Below, piece after piece: positions 39,203-50,724 of a stretch of 64,000 nt of DNA (within the stretch, counting starts at the first letter, position 1; every line of letters begins with the position of its first letter). The position numbers and the translations under genes are program-made. The notes under the pieces are model-generated. The model had not been told where the DNA came from. It was given only the letters and a program-made list of their open reading frames with translations, and made no database searches. This DNA comes from Polyangiaceae bacterium (GTDB lineage Bacteria; Myxococcota_A; Polyangia; Polyangiales; Polyangiaceae), in the NCBI GenBank assembly GCA_016712345.1, contig JADJRH010000002.1, forward strand, positions 392,466 through 456,465, in the 5' to 3' direction.

Positions 39203-41035
39203 ATGCCGGCTCTTCGCAACATCGCCATTGTGGCTCACGTCGACCACGGAAAAACCACCCTCGTTGATCACATGCTTCGCCAAACAGGCGCGTTACGCGA
39301 CAACGAGGTGGTCGCCGAACGTGTCATGGACTCCAACGATCTCGAGCGCGAGCGCGGGATCACCATTTTGGCCAAAAATACGAGCATTCGTTACAAACAA
39401 AACAAGATCAACATCGTCGACACACCCGGCCACGCCGACTTCGGCGGCGAAGTGGAGCGCACCCTGATGATGGCCGACGGCGCGCTTCTCCTTGTGGACG
39501 CTGCCGAAGGGCCTCTTCCTCAAACGCGCTTCGTTCTCTCCAAATGCCTCGATCGCGGCTTTCCTGTCATCGTTGTGATCAACAAGATCGACCGCTCCGA
39601 CGCACGTCCGCATGAGGTTCTTTCGGAGGCATTCGATCTCTTCTGCGACCTCGGAGCTTCCGACGAACAAACCGATTTTCCGCATGTGTACGCAATTGGA
39701 AAACTCGGCCAATCCCGGCGCGAACTCGACGATCCGCCCTCCAACCTAGTGCCGCTGCTCGATATGATTTTAGAGCGCGTTCCCGAGCCGAAGGGCGATC
39801 CAAACGAGCCGCTCCAAGTGATCATCTGCAACACCACGCACGACGACTACGTGGGCAAACTTGCAGTCGGTCGCGTGGTTCGCGGCACCATTCGCCAAGG
39901 CGCTGAAGTCGCCGTCCTCGGCGAAGGCGCGGTGACAAAGGCCAACGTAAAAATGCTCTACACGTTTGAAGGCCTGCGTCGCGCCTCGTGTGACGCTGCC
40001 GTCGCCGGTGAAATCGTGGCGATCGCGGGCATGGACTCGGTCACCATCGGCGACACCATCAGCGATCCCGAAAAGCAGGAAGCGCTGCCGCGGATCGTTG
40101 TTGAAGAGCCGACAATCAAAATGCGCATCGGCGTCAACACGTCGCCGTTCGCCGGCAAGTCAAAATCGTCCAAGTTTTTAACGAGCCGCCACCTCAAAGA
40201 ACGCCTTGAAAAAGAGGCTCAAAAGAACCTCGCCATTCGCGTTGAACCCACCGAAACACCCGACACGTTTTTGGTGCTCGGCCGCGGTGAACTTCAGCTC
40301 GCGATCCTCGTGGAGACAATGCGCCGCGAGGGATACGAAATGCAGCTTTCAAACCCCGAAGTTGTGACGCGCGTCATCGACGGCGAAACCATGGAGCCGA
40401 TGGAACTCGTGGTTGTCGACGTGCCCGACGCATACGTCGGCATCGTGACCGAGCGGCTTTCTTCGCGGCGTGGACGCATGGTCAAAATGCTCAACCCGGG
40501 CTTTGGCCGAGCGCGTTTGGAGTTCCGTGTACCCTCGCGCGGCCTGATCGGCTTCCGCGGCGAGTTCCTCACTTCAACGCGTGGCACCGGCCTCCTCAAC
40601 ACGCTTTTCGACGGCTGGGCAACGTGGGGTGGTCCCATGATGCGAAGGCCAATGGGAGCTATTGTTGCGGACCGCGGCGGTGTCGCCACGCCCTACGCGC
40701 TCCATCACCTTCAACCGCGCGGCCAGTTCTTTGTTGTGCCGGGCGTGGATGTTTACGAAGGCATGATCATCGGCGAACACAACCGTCCGAACGACACCGA
40801 CGTGAACGTCATCCGCGAGAAGAAGCTCTCGAACATCCGCAACCACGGCAAAGACGAAAACGTGATGCTGGCGAGCCCACGCCTTCTCACCATCGAAACC
40901 GCCATGGAGTGGATCGATCGCGACGAGCTTGTGGAGGTCACTCCCGACGCCGTGCGTGTTCGCAAAAAAGAGCTTTTGATCAATCGCCGCGATCGCCGCC
41001 AAGACGCGATCGAAGAGGCGCAGGCGGTCGAGTGA
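39203..41035 (+). CDS. typA: Translational GTPase TypA/BipA.
   Basis: [15 protein letters not shown]1, DTPGHADF G3 and NKIDR G4 motifs, plus a TypA-like C-terminal domain. Confidence 0.95.
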   Translation: MPALRNIAIVAHVDHGKTTLVDHMLRQTGALRDNEVVAERVMDSNDLERERGITILAKNTSIRYKQNKINIVDTPGHADFGGEVERTLMMADGALLLVDAAEGPLPQTRFVLSKCLDRGFPVIVVINKIDRSDARPHEVLSEAFDLFCDLGASDEQTDFPHVYAIGKLGQSRRELDDPPSNLVPLLDMILERVPEPKGDPNEPLQVIICNTTHDDYVGKLAVGRVVRGTIRQGAEVAVLGEGAVTKANVKMLYTFEGLRRASCDAAVAGEIVAIAGMDSVTIGDTISDPEKQEALPRIVVEEPTIKMRIGVNTSPFAGKSKSSKFLTSRHLKERLEKEAQKNLAIRVEPTETPDTFLVLGRGELQLAILVETMRREGYEMQLSNPEVVTRVIDGETMEPMELVVVDVPDAYVGIVTERLSSRRGRMVKMLNPGFGRARLEFRVPSRGLIGFRGEFLTSTRGTGLLNTLFDGWATWGGPMMRRPMGAIVADRGGVATPYALHHLQPRGQFFVVPGVDVYEGMIIGEHNRPNDTDVNVIREKKLSNIRNHGKDENVMLASPRLLTIETAMEWIDRDELVEVTPDAVRVRKKELLINRRDRRQDAIEEAQAVE

Positions 41036-42927
41036 TGGAGGTACCGTCGCCGGCCGCACACTATGAACAGCGGCGGGCCGAACTCGGCCGAGCGGCGAAC
41101 GATCTCGACGCTCGCGAGCGACGCATGTCGGCGCTTCGAGGTATCGCTTTTTTGGCTGCCATTGCCATGGGGATCGCCGCCGGCTTCAAGGGCGGCGTTC
41201 TTCTATGGGCTCTCACCGCCGCGCTCGTTGTTCTTTTTGCGGCGGCGGTGATTTTTCACGCCGTCCTGATCACCAAAAAGGTGGAGATCGAGCAGCGCCT
41301 CTCGCTTGTTTCGCGCGCCGAAGCCCGCCTGAAAGACGCTTTTGAAAATTTCGCTGAAAAGGGGGATAGCTTTCGGCCGGAACAACATCCGTATTCAGGC
41401 GATCTCGATATCTTTGGACATCGCTCTCTTTTTCAACTTCTTGTCACGGCGGAAACCCACGCAGGCCAATCGACACTTGCCCAGTGGTTATTGGCCCCCG
41501 CGTCTGAAAAAACAGTTTTGGAGCGACAAGCGGCGGTGCGCGAATTGGCCGAAAGACCGCAGTTTCGTGAAGACTTGGCTGTTCTTGCCAAACTCGCCCG
41601 CGCGAAAATGGCCCCCGACAGCCTCTTCGCGTGGGGTGAAGCAAAACCCGTATTCGAAGAAGGGCCCAATCCGCTTGCCGGGTGGCTGCTGTCGCTGCGT
41701 TTTTTTGCGCCGCTCACAATCACATTGGCTGTTCTCGCCTGGACAGTGCCGTGGGATCTTCCCGCGCTCAAATACGCATGGATGGCCGCGCTGACAGCCC
41801 AACTGCTTGTTGTTCTCCGCACCGGAGAGCGCACCGAACGCGCGCTTGCACAAGCCTCTTCGCGAGAAGAACCGCTCGGCCGATACGCCCCTGTGTTCCT
41901 CCGCATTGAGACAGAGAGATTTGAGTCGCCGCTTCTGCGAAAATGCCAGTCGGTGCTCACCGCCAATCCCGCCGCCGGCAGCGAATCTGGAAAGAATACT
42001 AATAGTCAATACTCGGGCCGCGACAGCGCTTCCATCGCCATGGGGCGCCTACAGACCATTCTCAGTTTTGCCGATCTTCGCCACGGTGGAATCTTCCATC
42101 TCATCTTCCACCTCGTCACGCTCTGGGATATCTGGTGCGCCGTTTCCCTCGAAAAATGGCGGGCGCAACACGGCAAACGCATTCGCGGTTGGGTTGAAGC
42201 TCTCGCAACCGTCGAGGCCCTCTCCAGCCTTGCTGCATTTGCCCACGAACATCCAAACTACGTGTATCCCGAAGTGAACGACGGGCCCTGTCACTTGGAT
42301 GCCCGTGACCTTGGACATCCTCTTTTGCCGGCCGCACGCCGAGTTACAAGCAGTGTGGCTTTTGGCAAACTGGATGATTTGCCCCAAGCCCTTTTGATCA
42401 CCGGATCAAACATGTCCGGCAAAAGCACCCTTCTCCGCTCCATGGGCATTAACTCGGTGTTGGCCCTCGCGGGCGCACCTGTGTGCGCCACCCGCCTGAC
42501 AATGAGTCTCCTCGACGTTCGCACGAGCATGCGTATTACCGACTCGCTCGAACAGGGGGTTTCCCATTTTTACGCCGAACTTACCCGCCTCAAAGAAATT
42601 ACCCACGCCGCCGATGCAGGGCAAAATGTGCTGTTTTTGTTAGATGAAGTCTTACACGGCACCAATTCTCGCGAACGCCAAATCGGGGCCAAAGCGGTGA
42701 TCAAACACCTTCTCAAACAAGGCACCATCGGCGCGGTTTCTTCGCACGATCTCGGGCTCGGTTCACTCGAAGAGGAAACTTCGGGCAAAGTGAAAAATGT
42801 ACACTTTGAAGAACACGTCGAAGACGGCAAAATGGCATTTGATTACAAACTCAAGCCCGGAGTTGTTTCCACAACCAATGCTCTCCGGCTCATGTTTCAA
42901 GTGGGGCTGCCCGTTTCAGAAGAATAA
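41035..42927 (+). CDS. MutS-related ATPase (MutS domain V ABC-ATPase) with N-terminal transmembrane helices. It has no mismatch-binding domain.
   Basis: Walker A GSNMSGKST, MutS signature and Walker B (LLDEVLHGTNSRER). The start overlaps the typA stop by 1 nt. Confidence 0.75.
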   Translation: MEVPSPAAHYEQRRAELGRAANDLDARERRMSALRGIAFLAAIAMGIAAGFKGGVLLWALTAALVVLFAAAVIFHAVLITKKVEIEQRLSLVSRAEARLKDAFENFAEKGDSFRPEQHPYSGDLDIFGHRSLFQLLVTAETHAGQSTLAQWLLAPASEKTVLERQAAVRELAERPQFREDLAVLAKLARAKMAPDSLFAWGEAKPVFEEGPNPLAGWLLSLRFFAPLTITLAVLAWTVPWDLPALKYAWMAALTAQLLVVLRTGERTERALAQASSREEPLGRYAPVFLRIETERFESPLLRKCQSVLTANPAAGSESGKNTNSQYSGRDSASIAMGRLQTILSFADLRHGGIFHLIFHLVTLWDIWCAVSLEKWRAQHGKRIRGWVEALATVEALSSLAAFAHEHPNYVYPEVNDGPCHLDARDLGHPLLPAARRVTSSVAFGKLDDLPQALLITGSNMSGKSTLLRSMGINSVLALAGAPVCATRLTMSLLDVRTSMRITDSLEQGVSHFYAELTRLKEITHAADAGQNVLFLLDEVLHGTNSRERQIGAKAVIKHLLKQGTIGAVSSHDLGLGSLEEETSGKVKNVHFEEHVEDGKMAFDYKLKPGVVSTTNALRLMFQVGLPVSEE

Positions 42928-42951
42928 CGGCGCAACGCGAGCGCCTCTGGT

Positions 42952-44274
42952 ATGGTCGGTTTCGTGGAGACGACCGTCGAGATCATTGCCAAAAAACGCA
43001 ACTGACACGCGCTTTCGAAAGAGCAGATCCAAAGGGTAATTACAGAACTTGGGGCCGGAACGCTCGCCGACTACCAAATGAGCGCGCTGCTCATGGCGGT
43101 GTACTTCCGGGGCATGACCGACGACGAAACCGTCGCCCTCACCCACGCCATGCTTCACTCGGGCGACGTGATTGACTTGTCCGACGTTCCGGGCACCAAA
43201 GTGGATAAACACTCCACAGGCGGCGTCGGCGACAAAGTATCCATCTGCCTCGCTCCCCTTGTGGCCGCGTGCGGTGTTCCCGTGCCCATGGTTTCAGGCC
43301 GTGGACTGGGTCACACCGGCGGCACTCTCGACAAGCTTGAAGCCATTCCAGGATTCAACGTTTCGCTCGATGTGGACACATTCCGCCGCATTGTTCGCGA
43401 CGTGGGTTGTTCCATGATCGGCCAAACGGCGCGCATCGCACCCGCCGACAAAAAAATCTATGCGCTTCGCGATGTCACCGCCACGGTTGAGTCCATTCCA
43501 CTCATCGTTGCCAGCATCCTTTCCAAAAAACTCGCCGAGGGCATTGATGCGCTTGTTCTCGACGTAAAAGTGGGTCGCGGCGCGTTCATGAAAACCGAGG
43601 CCGATGCCCGCGCCCTCGCTGAAGCGCTGGTTCGAGTTGGAACCGCCGCCGGCAAAAAAGTGAGCGCCCTTCTCACCGACATGGAAGCGCCGCTTGGCCG
43701 CGCGATCGGAAATGCCAACGAAACGCGGGAAGCCATTGAGTTGCTTCACGGCAGAGCGCCCGGTGATCTCATGGAGTGTACACTTGCTCTCGGCGCTCAA
43801 ATGCTTCGTTTGGGCGGCGTTGCAAAAAGTGACGAAGAGGCTCAATCGCTTATGGACAGCGCCATCACCAGCGGTCGCGCCGCAGGTGTCATGGAGAGAA
43901 TGATTGAAGCCCAGGGGGGTGACCCAAGCGTTGTGATGCACCCAAGTCGCCTGGCATTGGCTCCCAGCGTCACCGAGATATTGGCCCCCACCGACGGTTA
44001 CGTGCACTCGATTGATGCGCTTGAAATGGGCCTCTGCGCGGTCGCCCTCGGTGCGGGTAGAACACGCGCCGATCAAGCGGTAGATCCCGCGGTAGGTATT
44101 GAACTTACCACCTCGCGCGGTGAACGGGTTTCTCTCGGTCAACCACTCGCAAAAATCTACACTCGAACTCCCGACGCCGCCGCCAAAGTGTACACCCGAA
44201 TCGCAAAGGCTTTCTCTGTTGGTGAGACCCCGCCTGAATCAACGCCCCTGATCTTGTCGCGCGTAGGCGCGTAA
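42952..44274 (+). pseudogene. deoA: Thymidine/pyrimidine-nucleoside phosphorylase interrupted by an in-frame TGA (43003-43005) at the position of a conserved Gly. An ATG at 43078 could re-initiate translation and yield a 398-aa product.
   Basis: MVGFVETTVEIIAKKRN-[TGA]-HALSKEQIQ... versus E. coli DeoA EIIRKKRDGHALSDEEI. The downstream region has SICLAPLVAACGV...GRGLGHTGGTLDKLE. Confidence 0.8.
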
Positions 44275-44277
44275 GTC

Positions 44278-45321
44278 ATGACAACCGCCTTACCCTCCAC
44301 ATCAACGGATGCTTCCAAAAAAGAGGCTTCCACCTGGGTACGTGTCATGACCGCCCGGGCCGAAGCGCACGCTCAGGAACGCGGTTATCAGCGCATTATT
44401 CGGCTCCTACTTTGGCTTGTGATCCTCCCCGCCCTGCTTTTGTCGGCGCTGGGTGTGGCCATGTTGCTGCGTGGGGAGGCCGGCAACATTCTCATTGGCA
44501 TTCTGGTGATCATCTTTTGCGTCACACTCGCCACCGGAACCATCCTTGTGTGGGTGTTTGTTCGCCAGCAAAAAAACCTGTCAGAACTCCAAATAGACTT
44601 CGTTTCCAAGGTTTCTCACGAGCTTCGCACCCCGCTCACATCCATTCGCATGTTTACAGAAACGCTCGAACTGCGGCGTGACGACCCTGAAGCCGTGCGC
44701 GTTTGTATCGACGCGTTGGGTAGAGAAAGCACCCGTCTTCAGGGTTTGATTGACCGACTCCTCGACTGGGGGCGAATGGAAAGCGGGCGCCGCGTTTATG
44801 ACATGCGACCTGAATCACTCGGTGAAATTCTGGATGAAGCTGTGGACGCGTTTGAACCCAGTCGGGCCGGTCGACTTGTCGTCAACAAACTCATTCAACC
44901 CAATTTACCCAAGCTCTGGTGTGACCGCGGTGCAGTGGTAGACGTGCTTGTAAACCTTCTATCCAACGCTTACAAATACGGGTCTAAAGAGCGGGTAGAC
45001 ATCACTATAGAACCGCGTGAAAAAAAGATCGCCGTTGTCGTAAAAGACTACGGGGTTGGAATTGCGCGACACGAACACAAGCGCATCTTTGAGCGATTCT
45101 ACCGCGTGGACGATCTGCTCGCCAGGCAGCAGGAAGGTTCGGGGTTGGGCCTCGCCATCGTTCATCACGTAGTGCGCGCTCACAAAGGGAAGGTCACCGT
45201 GGATAGCGAACCGGGTAAGGGCAGCGCCTTCACCCTTCTTTTTCCAACCGGCGCACCAAAACATGCCAAGGGAGCGGTTCTGGTGTCCGACCGAGCGGTC
45301 CAATCTGCGGAGCAACAATGA
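44278..45321 (+). CDS. Sensor histidine kinase (HisKA + HATPase_c), PhoR-like, with 2 TM helices.
   Basis: H-box VSHELRTPLTSI, N-box LLSNAYKYG, G-boxes DYGVGI and GSGLGLAIV. Confidence 0.85.
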   Translation: MTTALPSTSTDASKKEASTWVRVMTARAEAHAQERGYQRIIRLLLWLVILPALLLSALGVAMLLRGEAGNILIGILVIIFCVTLATGTILVWVFVRQQKNLSELQIDFVSKVSHELRTPLTSIRMFTETLELRRDDPEAVRVCIDALGRESTRLQGLIDRLLDWGRMESGRRVYDMRPESLGEILDEAVDAFEPSRAGRLVVNKLIQPNLPKLWCDRGAVVDVLVNLLSNAYKYGSKERVDITIEPREKKIAVVVKDYGVGIARHEHKRIFERFYRVDDLLARQQEGSGLGLAIVHHVVRAHKGKVTVDSEPGKGSAFTLLFPTGAPKHAKGAVLVSDRAVQSAEQQ

Positions 45322-46052
45322 TGACGCAAACTCGGGCGGACGGGCCGGGGCCGGAAGGAAAAGTCAACGGCCGCCGAACCATTGTGCTTGTGGAGGATGA
45401 TCCTTCCATCGCCATGGGTCTGGAACTAAACCTTCGAGCTGAAGGGTATGAGGTGGTTGTCGCCAACGATGGTGAAGCCGGCCTCAGTCACGCACGTGAA
45501 CCCGGTGTCGACCTGTTGATACTCGACATCATGTTACCCAAGTTAAACGGGTTTGAAGTTGTCAGGCTCCTGCGCGCCGAGCGGCGAACCATGCCGATTA
45601 TACTCCTCTCCGCGCGCGGCGCAGAAACCGACAAGGTCATGGGGTTGGATCTTGGAGCTGAAGACTATGTGACAAAGCCGTTTGGCTTGGCAGAACTGCT
45701 CGCCCGCATTAAAGCGGTTCTCCGACGCGACGCCATTGCGCGGCCTGAAGAAGTGCTTCGTGCCGGGGATATTGTTATTGACAGGTCAAGGCGTGCAGTC
45801 AGAAGAAACGGTCAACCGGTAGAACTGACCGCGACAGAAATGGACATATTGCTCTGCCTTGTAGAGGCCAATGGTAGAGTTTTGTCACGCGAACAAATTC
45901 AGGCCAAAGTGTGGGGTGTTGGACATCACGGAACACCGCGCACAATTGATAACTTTATTCTTCAGCTTCGAAACAAGCTTGAAGACGATTCTGCCGCTCC
46001 CAAACGCATTATCACTGTCAGGGGTGTTGGATACCGCTTCGTGGGTGATTGA
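45318..46052 (+). CDS. OmpR/PhoB-family response regulator. ATGA-coupled to the kinase.
   Basis: A REC domain (IVLVEDDPSI...LLILDIMLPKLNGFEV) and a winged-helix domain (LTATEMDILLCLVEANGRVLSREQI...VRGVGYRF). Confidence 0.9.
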   Translation: MMTQTRADGPGPEGKVNGRRTIVLVEDDPSIAMGLELNLRAEGYEVVVANDGEAGLSHAREPGVDLLILDIMLPKLNGFEVVRLLRAERRTMPIILLSARGAETDKVMGLDLGAEDYVTKPFGLAELLARIKAVLRRDAIARPEEVLRAGDIVIDRSRRAVRRNGQPVELTATEMDILLCLVEANGRVLSREQIQAKVWGVGHHGTPRTIDNFILQLRNKLEDDSAAPKRIITVRGVGYRFVGD

Positions 46053-46148
46053 ACAAACCGGCGCTCCAATACCGGCGTGACGGATACACATCACGCCGAC
46101 GAGGGACGGCGCGCGTTGCGTAGGGCGCACATGTGTACGCACGCTGCC

Positions 46149-48113
46149 TTACTCAATGACAAAAATCGGTTGACTGATGGTTGAACCGTCGCGCATGTAG
46201 GCCGAAAGCCACGCTCGCGAGCGAAGCACAAGATTGGGGTCAACCAACGTTAGGGTGACGGTCGTGGCGGAAGCAAACGCCGTTGGTGGAAGCGGTTTGG
46301 TGACAACCACCTGACCATTTTCATCTTCCAAAACAAACGCTGCGCCCGAAATGTCGTTCACGTTGATCGACGGATTGCCGTCAAGCCACAACTCTGGATC
46401 GCGCACCCCGGGAGTTGGGTCGACAAACACCCCGCACTTGACACATAGAGGATCGATCGGTTGCGGCCAAACACCGTTGGAGGCCGCACGCGACTCAACA
46501 ACACAATGTGGAATCTCCGATGTACAGACGGTTTCCCCAGGCGGATTGGCCGCGACGTTGTCCTGTCTGGCACTTCGCAGCTCCCTTACCGCGTTGGATG
46601 GCGCAGGGTTTTGACCCGCAATAGAAGTTGACGGCTGCCACAGCCATGGGATGTTCTGAGGACAAGTGTACGCTTCGGCGCCGTCACATTGGGCGGCACG
46701 CGAAAAGGGAACAGTATTGGATTCTGCCAAAAGGTCTTGCACGAGATCGGTCGCCACTTGATTTCCACTCGCATGCCAACGCACGGCCAAACGAGCGCCC
46801 ACCAAAGCCGCACTCACGGATGTACCGTTTAGAAATGGCGGAACGTCCTTGTCATCTACCCACCCGATACCGCCAAATCCGATGGCCACCGCTTCGGCAC
46901 AGGCCGATGGTCGAGACAAAGCGAGTGGCGCCCCATGGAAGTCTACTCCAGCTACACTCAACAGATGATCGGGGGGTTGTTCTGCGCTTTCGGGCGTGAA
47001 GAGCGCGGCCCCCGGGTGTTTCATATTCGAAAAGGCGAGAAAATCCTGCTTTATCAAATTCCACTCAGCGTTTCCCCACAATGCGGCGCACGTGACTTCA
47101 CTGGGGACCACGGCATGATCCCATCGCGCTGGACAAAGAAGGCCCTGACCCTGCTGGGGGCCTCCTGGGCTGTTGCCCGCGGCACTGATATGAACACCGC
47201 CCAAACATCCGGCGGCATGATAAGCGTCGGCGAGAGCTTGGACCGCTAGGCTCGAAGTAGACGGATCGTCCGAACACGGGCTATCAACATCGTTGTTGTC
47301 GAATCCAAAAGCCGACACCAGCACCCATCGGAGCGGTGTTGTCTTTGCGAGGTCGGGGTTTTGCGCCACCGCGCTCAACTCGGAACGACGCGCTCTCACC
47401 TCGTTCCAAAGAGCTTCGGTCACATCACTCAACAATCCGAAACTGCCACCCGTGACGTTCACCACGGGCCTACCCATCGTGTCCAGTTGGCGAGGTAGAG
47501 CCAACACCGATCGCACCTGAATAGGGCAGTTGCTCCTATCTTCACATGCGAGATCCGTTGCCATGGCAGCGAGGGTGCGCCCGTGTTGTGCGCCGGCGGG
47601 CAAGACGTTTGGAGACTTTTCTCCAACAGTATCGAGGAATGTTACCCGCACTGAAGTCCCACTTTTGGACGATGGCAATCGTGCCCCCACCGAGGCGCGC
47701 AGCTCATCGCGAGCCCAAAAAGTCAACGCGTCCGCATTGGCCTGCGGCGTTGTGAACGTGCAATCGGATTCGGCTCCTTCCGGTAAGGATGCGATGTCCG
47801 CGGCTGAAGGGGACGTGGAAGGATCGCTCCATGTGTACCTACACAAAACCGCGGAATCGGCATCGGGGCCAGCCAACGGCGCATCGTCAAACCCGGTAAG
47901 CTGCGCGGCACAGGCGCCGCTCGCTTGGGTGGGAGCTACCCAGAATGGACAGGTTCCGATGGGTACTCCGTTTTCTTCAGGCGCTTCAGGCATGCCTTCA
48001 CACGCGTCGGATACCGGTGGGGAGGTGGTGCCATCGCAGGCTCCCCAATGAAAAACGCTCAAGACCGAAAGAACAAGGGTAGAAGTCAGCCTCAGGTTGG
48101 ATAGACGTGTCAC
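46149..48113 (-). CDS. Secreted, highly divergent subtilase-like (S8-like) protein.
   Basis: Signal peptide. Candidate catalytic motifs FLDTVG (Asp), YHAAGCLGG (His), ISAAGNSPGG (oxyanion Asn) and NGTSVSAA (Ser) in the canonical order. The assignment is tentative. Confidence 0.45.
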   Translation of the reverse strand: MTRLSNLRLTSTLVLSVLSVFHWGACDGTTSPPVSDACEGMPEAPEENGVPIGTCPFWVAPTQASGACAAQLTGFDDAPLAGPDADSAVLCRYTWSDPSTSPSAADIASLPEGAESDCTFTTPQANADALTFWARDELRASVGARLPSSKSGTSVRVTFLDTVGEKSPNVLPAGAQHGRTLAAMATDLACEDRSNCPIQVRSVLALPRQLDTMGRPVVNVTGGSFGLLSDVTEALWNEVRARRSELSAVAQNPDLAKTTPLRWVLVSAFGFDNNDVDSPCSDDPSTSSLAVQALADAYHAAGCLGGVHISAAGNSPGGPQQGQGLLCPARWDHAVVPSEVTCAALWGNAEWNLIKQDFLAFSNMKHPGAALFTPESAEQPPDHLLSVAGVDFHGAPLALSRPSACAEAVAIGFGGIGWVDDKDVPPFLNGTSVSAALVGARLAVRWHASGNQVATDLVQDLLAESNTVPFSRAAQCDGAEAYTCPQNIPWLWQPSTSIAGQNPAPSNAVRELRSARQDNVAANPPGETVCTSEIPHCVVESRAASNGVWPQPIDPLCVKCGVFVDPTPGVRDPELWLDGNPSINVNDISGAAFVLEDENGQVVVTKPLPPTAFASATTVTLTLVDPNLVLRSRAWLSAYMRDGSTISQPIFVIE

Positions 48114-48402
48114 GGTTGTTTCCTCTTTTTACAACGAGCCCAAAGGTCCAACGCCGCGTCGGCGCCGCTTTGCCACCACCCAGCCGAAAGTGTTCCGGGG
48201 GCTGCTGAGGATCAACTATGCGGCCGCACCTCTCGATTTGGACAAGCCGGCTGACACATTGCTACAAGATTTGACGCTGCCTGCGTTCAGTTGGGCGAAG
48301 CAACAAAAATTCGAAATACCCACCATTTTTCAGATGTCCGTTTGTCTCGATTGGGCGCGTTTCGAATAGAGCGCACCCCACCGGACAATCCACGCGTCAG
48401 GT

Positions 48403-50724
48403 CTAAGTCGAGTAGATCAACCCCGGGGCAGCGGGTAGGTAGAGGGCCGCAGCCACCCGCTCTGACAAAGTGTCGTCCACAACGTCAATGGCGGCCAACA
48501 CTTCTCCAGCGCCCGCCGCCAAAAACGCATGCGCGAGCCCCATACCGTCGTCTTTGGCAGTTTCGCAACCCAGAAGGCTCACGTATTTGGGCACATGTTG
48601 CAGGCCGAGAATATCCACCACTCGCAGGCGACCACCCCACAGTTCCAACGCGGCTTCAACTCCGTCGCGGCCCAAAAAAGCGGCGTGGCCATCGTAGTGG
48701 AAAATGTGTGTACACGGGTTTTCGAGCTGCGCCAACACGGCTTCGCGTGTGGCTTCGGATCCCGTCAGCTGGACCCATTCGTATCCTCGCCCCGAAATAG
48801 CATCGCGCACCGCAGGGGTCGAGCGTTCAGCCCCGGGTAGATTCTGACTCGGATCAAACACCCCGACGGCGCGCGGCATTTGTGTACACTTACCCGTCTC
48901 CTTCCCCAGCGCCGGAAACCGGTAGCTCACTTGAATTTGATCTGAAAGAACTGTGTTGTTCCATGGCAAAGCCTCAAAAGGTACGTTGCGCAGAGGCCCC
49001 AAGGCGGGCACACGAACGCGCTGGGCGTTTTTGAGGATGTCAGCAAACGGATCGAGCAACAAACTCGCCGCCTCTACCGACAAGGTGGTGGGATTGGCCA
49101 GCACCTGATGGATGGGCCCGGAAGGAATGTGGATCACCGACGTCGCTTCTGAAGAAAGTGCCACACCCACCCAACCATCCAGTTTTGGATGGTAAAACAG
49201 GTCTACCGTGCCCGGTGGCGGTGTGGTGATGCGGGTAACCCGTTTGGAAGCGTTGGCGGGGGATCGCGAGCCACCGCGCCTGTAGTCGCTGATACTTGAC
49301 AGGGAGACTTGTTCTGACTGTGCGAGAGTATAAAAGGCACGGCCTATGTTGTGTTCGATTTCCTCCGCTACGGCCTTTGCAGCCGAGTTGCCGAGGGAAG
49401 AACCACCCGCTGCGGTTTCGGCCAACTGCACGGCGAAATCAACCGACTCCGCGGCCCACCTTTCATGCAGTTCAAAAAAAGTTTCCCGCCCTTCACCCAG
49501 AGGTACAAGCGCGCTCCACTGGTCAAGTGCTTCATGCGCCGTTGTGTACGCATCACGCGCGGACGCCAGTTGGGCCGTGCGACGCAGTGCCCGCGCTCGT
49601 CCTGACAAAGCGCGAAATCCAATCTCCGGTGAGGTCACCTGGCCGTCCACAGTCGGGCTTACGCGCCTAAGCAATTGAGCTGGATCGTCGCGCAGAGCCA
49701 CCTCAACCTGAAGCGGTTGGAGCCAGGAAGTCATTCGAACATCCCCCTTTTCCAGATACTTTTGAGCCTCGGCGAGCAGGGCTTTTGCTTTGGGTAACTC
49801 TCCGAGTTCCACTTCGATAAATGCCGCATTCACAAGTGCGGTCACCATCCCAGTGGGGCATTCGGCGCGGGCTCGCTCAACGGCTTGGTGGGCAGAATGG
49901 AGCGTCTGTGAGACACGATCTTCCCTCCCCACGCCGCGGGTGAGGGCCCAAGCCGCGCTCGTTTGCAGCTTCACTACGGCGCACGGATCCTCCAGATGTG
50001 GAGCCTCAGTCAACAGCCCGTTGGCGATTGCAACGGCCTCGCGGGTTCTACCCAACGTTGCCAATACTTCCATCCGTTGGTTTTCTGCCGCCCTTCGCCG
50101 ATCTGCAAGGCCGAGTCGCGCGCTTTTGCGAAGCACTTTTTCAAGTTGGTAGAGCGCCTCTTTGTAACGGCCCGTTTCAACGGCCCAAATCGACTTGTAA
50201 TAAGCCGCGTCAAGTTGGCATTCCGGGCACCTCGACAAATCATCTTCCTCCCCCCAAAGCAGCGCGCGCGCCGCCTCAAAGTCAAAGTCGCGCGTCATCT
50301 GGATAAATGCCAGCAGGTGTTTGTCGTCTACCGCGTCCGACAGTCGACCTTGAGCGCGCCCATCTTGGACTGCCTTTCGCAACAGGTGTTTTGCTTCGTC
50401 CAAAGAACCGCACCTTCGGGCGTGGCGGGCCCTAAGCCGAACAATCGACAGCGCATCAACATGTTGCGACTCAGCCAAAACCAATTGCGCTTCAGCTTCG
50501 TTGCAAGCATTTTTTTGCAACGCTGCAAACGCCGCCGACAACACCGCCGGTTCATTCACCAGCCTTAATTTCAGCGTCAGCTCTGCCTCGCTGCCGACCA
50601 CGCGCAGCGCTCCGTCGACGGAGCCGGGTGTCACCACCAGGCCTGTCCCCCCCTCTAGATTTTTTTTATTATCGCGCTGCCCATGCCACCTGAAACCGGT
50701 TGGACATTGTGGAACGGAACCCAC
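48403..50724 (-). CDS. CHAT-domain (caspase-like His/Cys dyad) protein with N-terminal TPR-like repeats.
   Basis: The C-terminal region contains IFHYDGHAAF...SLLGCETA (His...Cys dyad). The N-terminal 450 aa is helical with repeats. The 5' end overlaps the anti-sigma gene, so the true start is probably downstream of 50724. Confidence 0.7.
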   Translation of the reverse strand: MGSVPQCPTGFRWHGQRDNKKNLEGGTGLVVTPGSVDGALRVVGSEAELTLKLRLVNEPAVLSAAFAALQKNACNEAEAQLVLAESQHVDALSIVRLRARHARRCGSLDEAKHLLRKAVQDGRAQGRLSDAVDDKHLLAFIQMTRDFDFEAARALLWGEEDDLSRCPECQLDAAYYKSIWAVETGRYKEALYQLEKVLRKSARLGLADRRRAAENQRMEVLATLGRTREAVAIANGLLTEAPHLEDPCAVVKLQTSAAWALTRGVGREDRVSQTLHSAHQAVERARAECPTGMVTALVNAAFIEVELGELPKAKALLAEAQKYLEKGDVRMTSWLQPLQVEVALRDDPAQLLRRVSPTVDGQVTSPEIGFRALSGRARALRRTAQLASARDAYTTAHEALDQWSALVPLGEGRETFFELHERWAAESVDFAVQLAETAAGGSSLGNSAAKAVAEEIEHNIGRAFYTLAQSEQVSLSSISDYRRGGSRSPANASKRVTRITTPPPGTVDLFYHPKLDGWVGVALSSEATSVIHIPSGPIHQVLANPTTLSVEAASLLLDPFADILKNAQRVRVPALGPLRNVPFEALPWNNTVLSDQIQVSYRFPALGKETGKCTQMPRAVGVFDPSQNLPGAERSTPAVRDAISGRGYEWVQLTGSEATREAVLAQLENPCTHIFHYDGHAAFLGRDGVEAALELWGGRLRVVDILGLQHVPKYVSLLGCETAKDDGMGLAHAFLAAGAGEVLAAIDVVDDTLSERVAAALYLPAAPGLIYST

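Noticed and set aside
43003-43005. TGA reassigned to Gly (genetic code 25), as in SR1/Gracilibacteria.
   Set aside because: The genome is high-GC and uses TGA as a genuine stop for many strongly supported genes here (typA, dnaK and others). A single occurrence at a Gly position is better explained by a point change.
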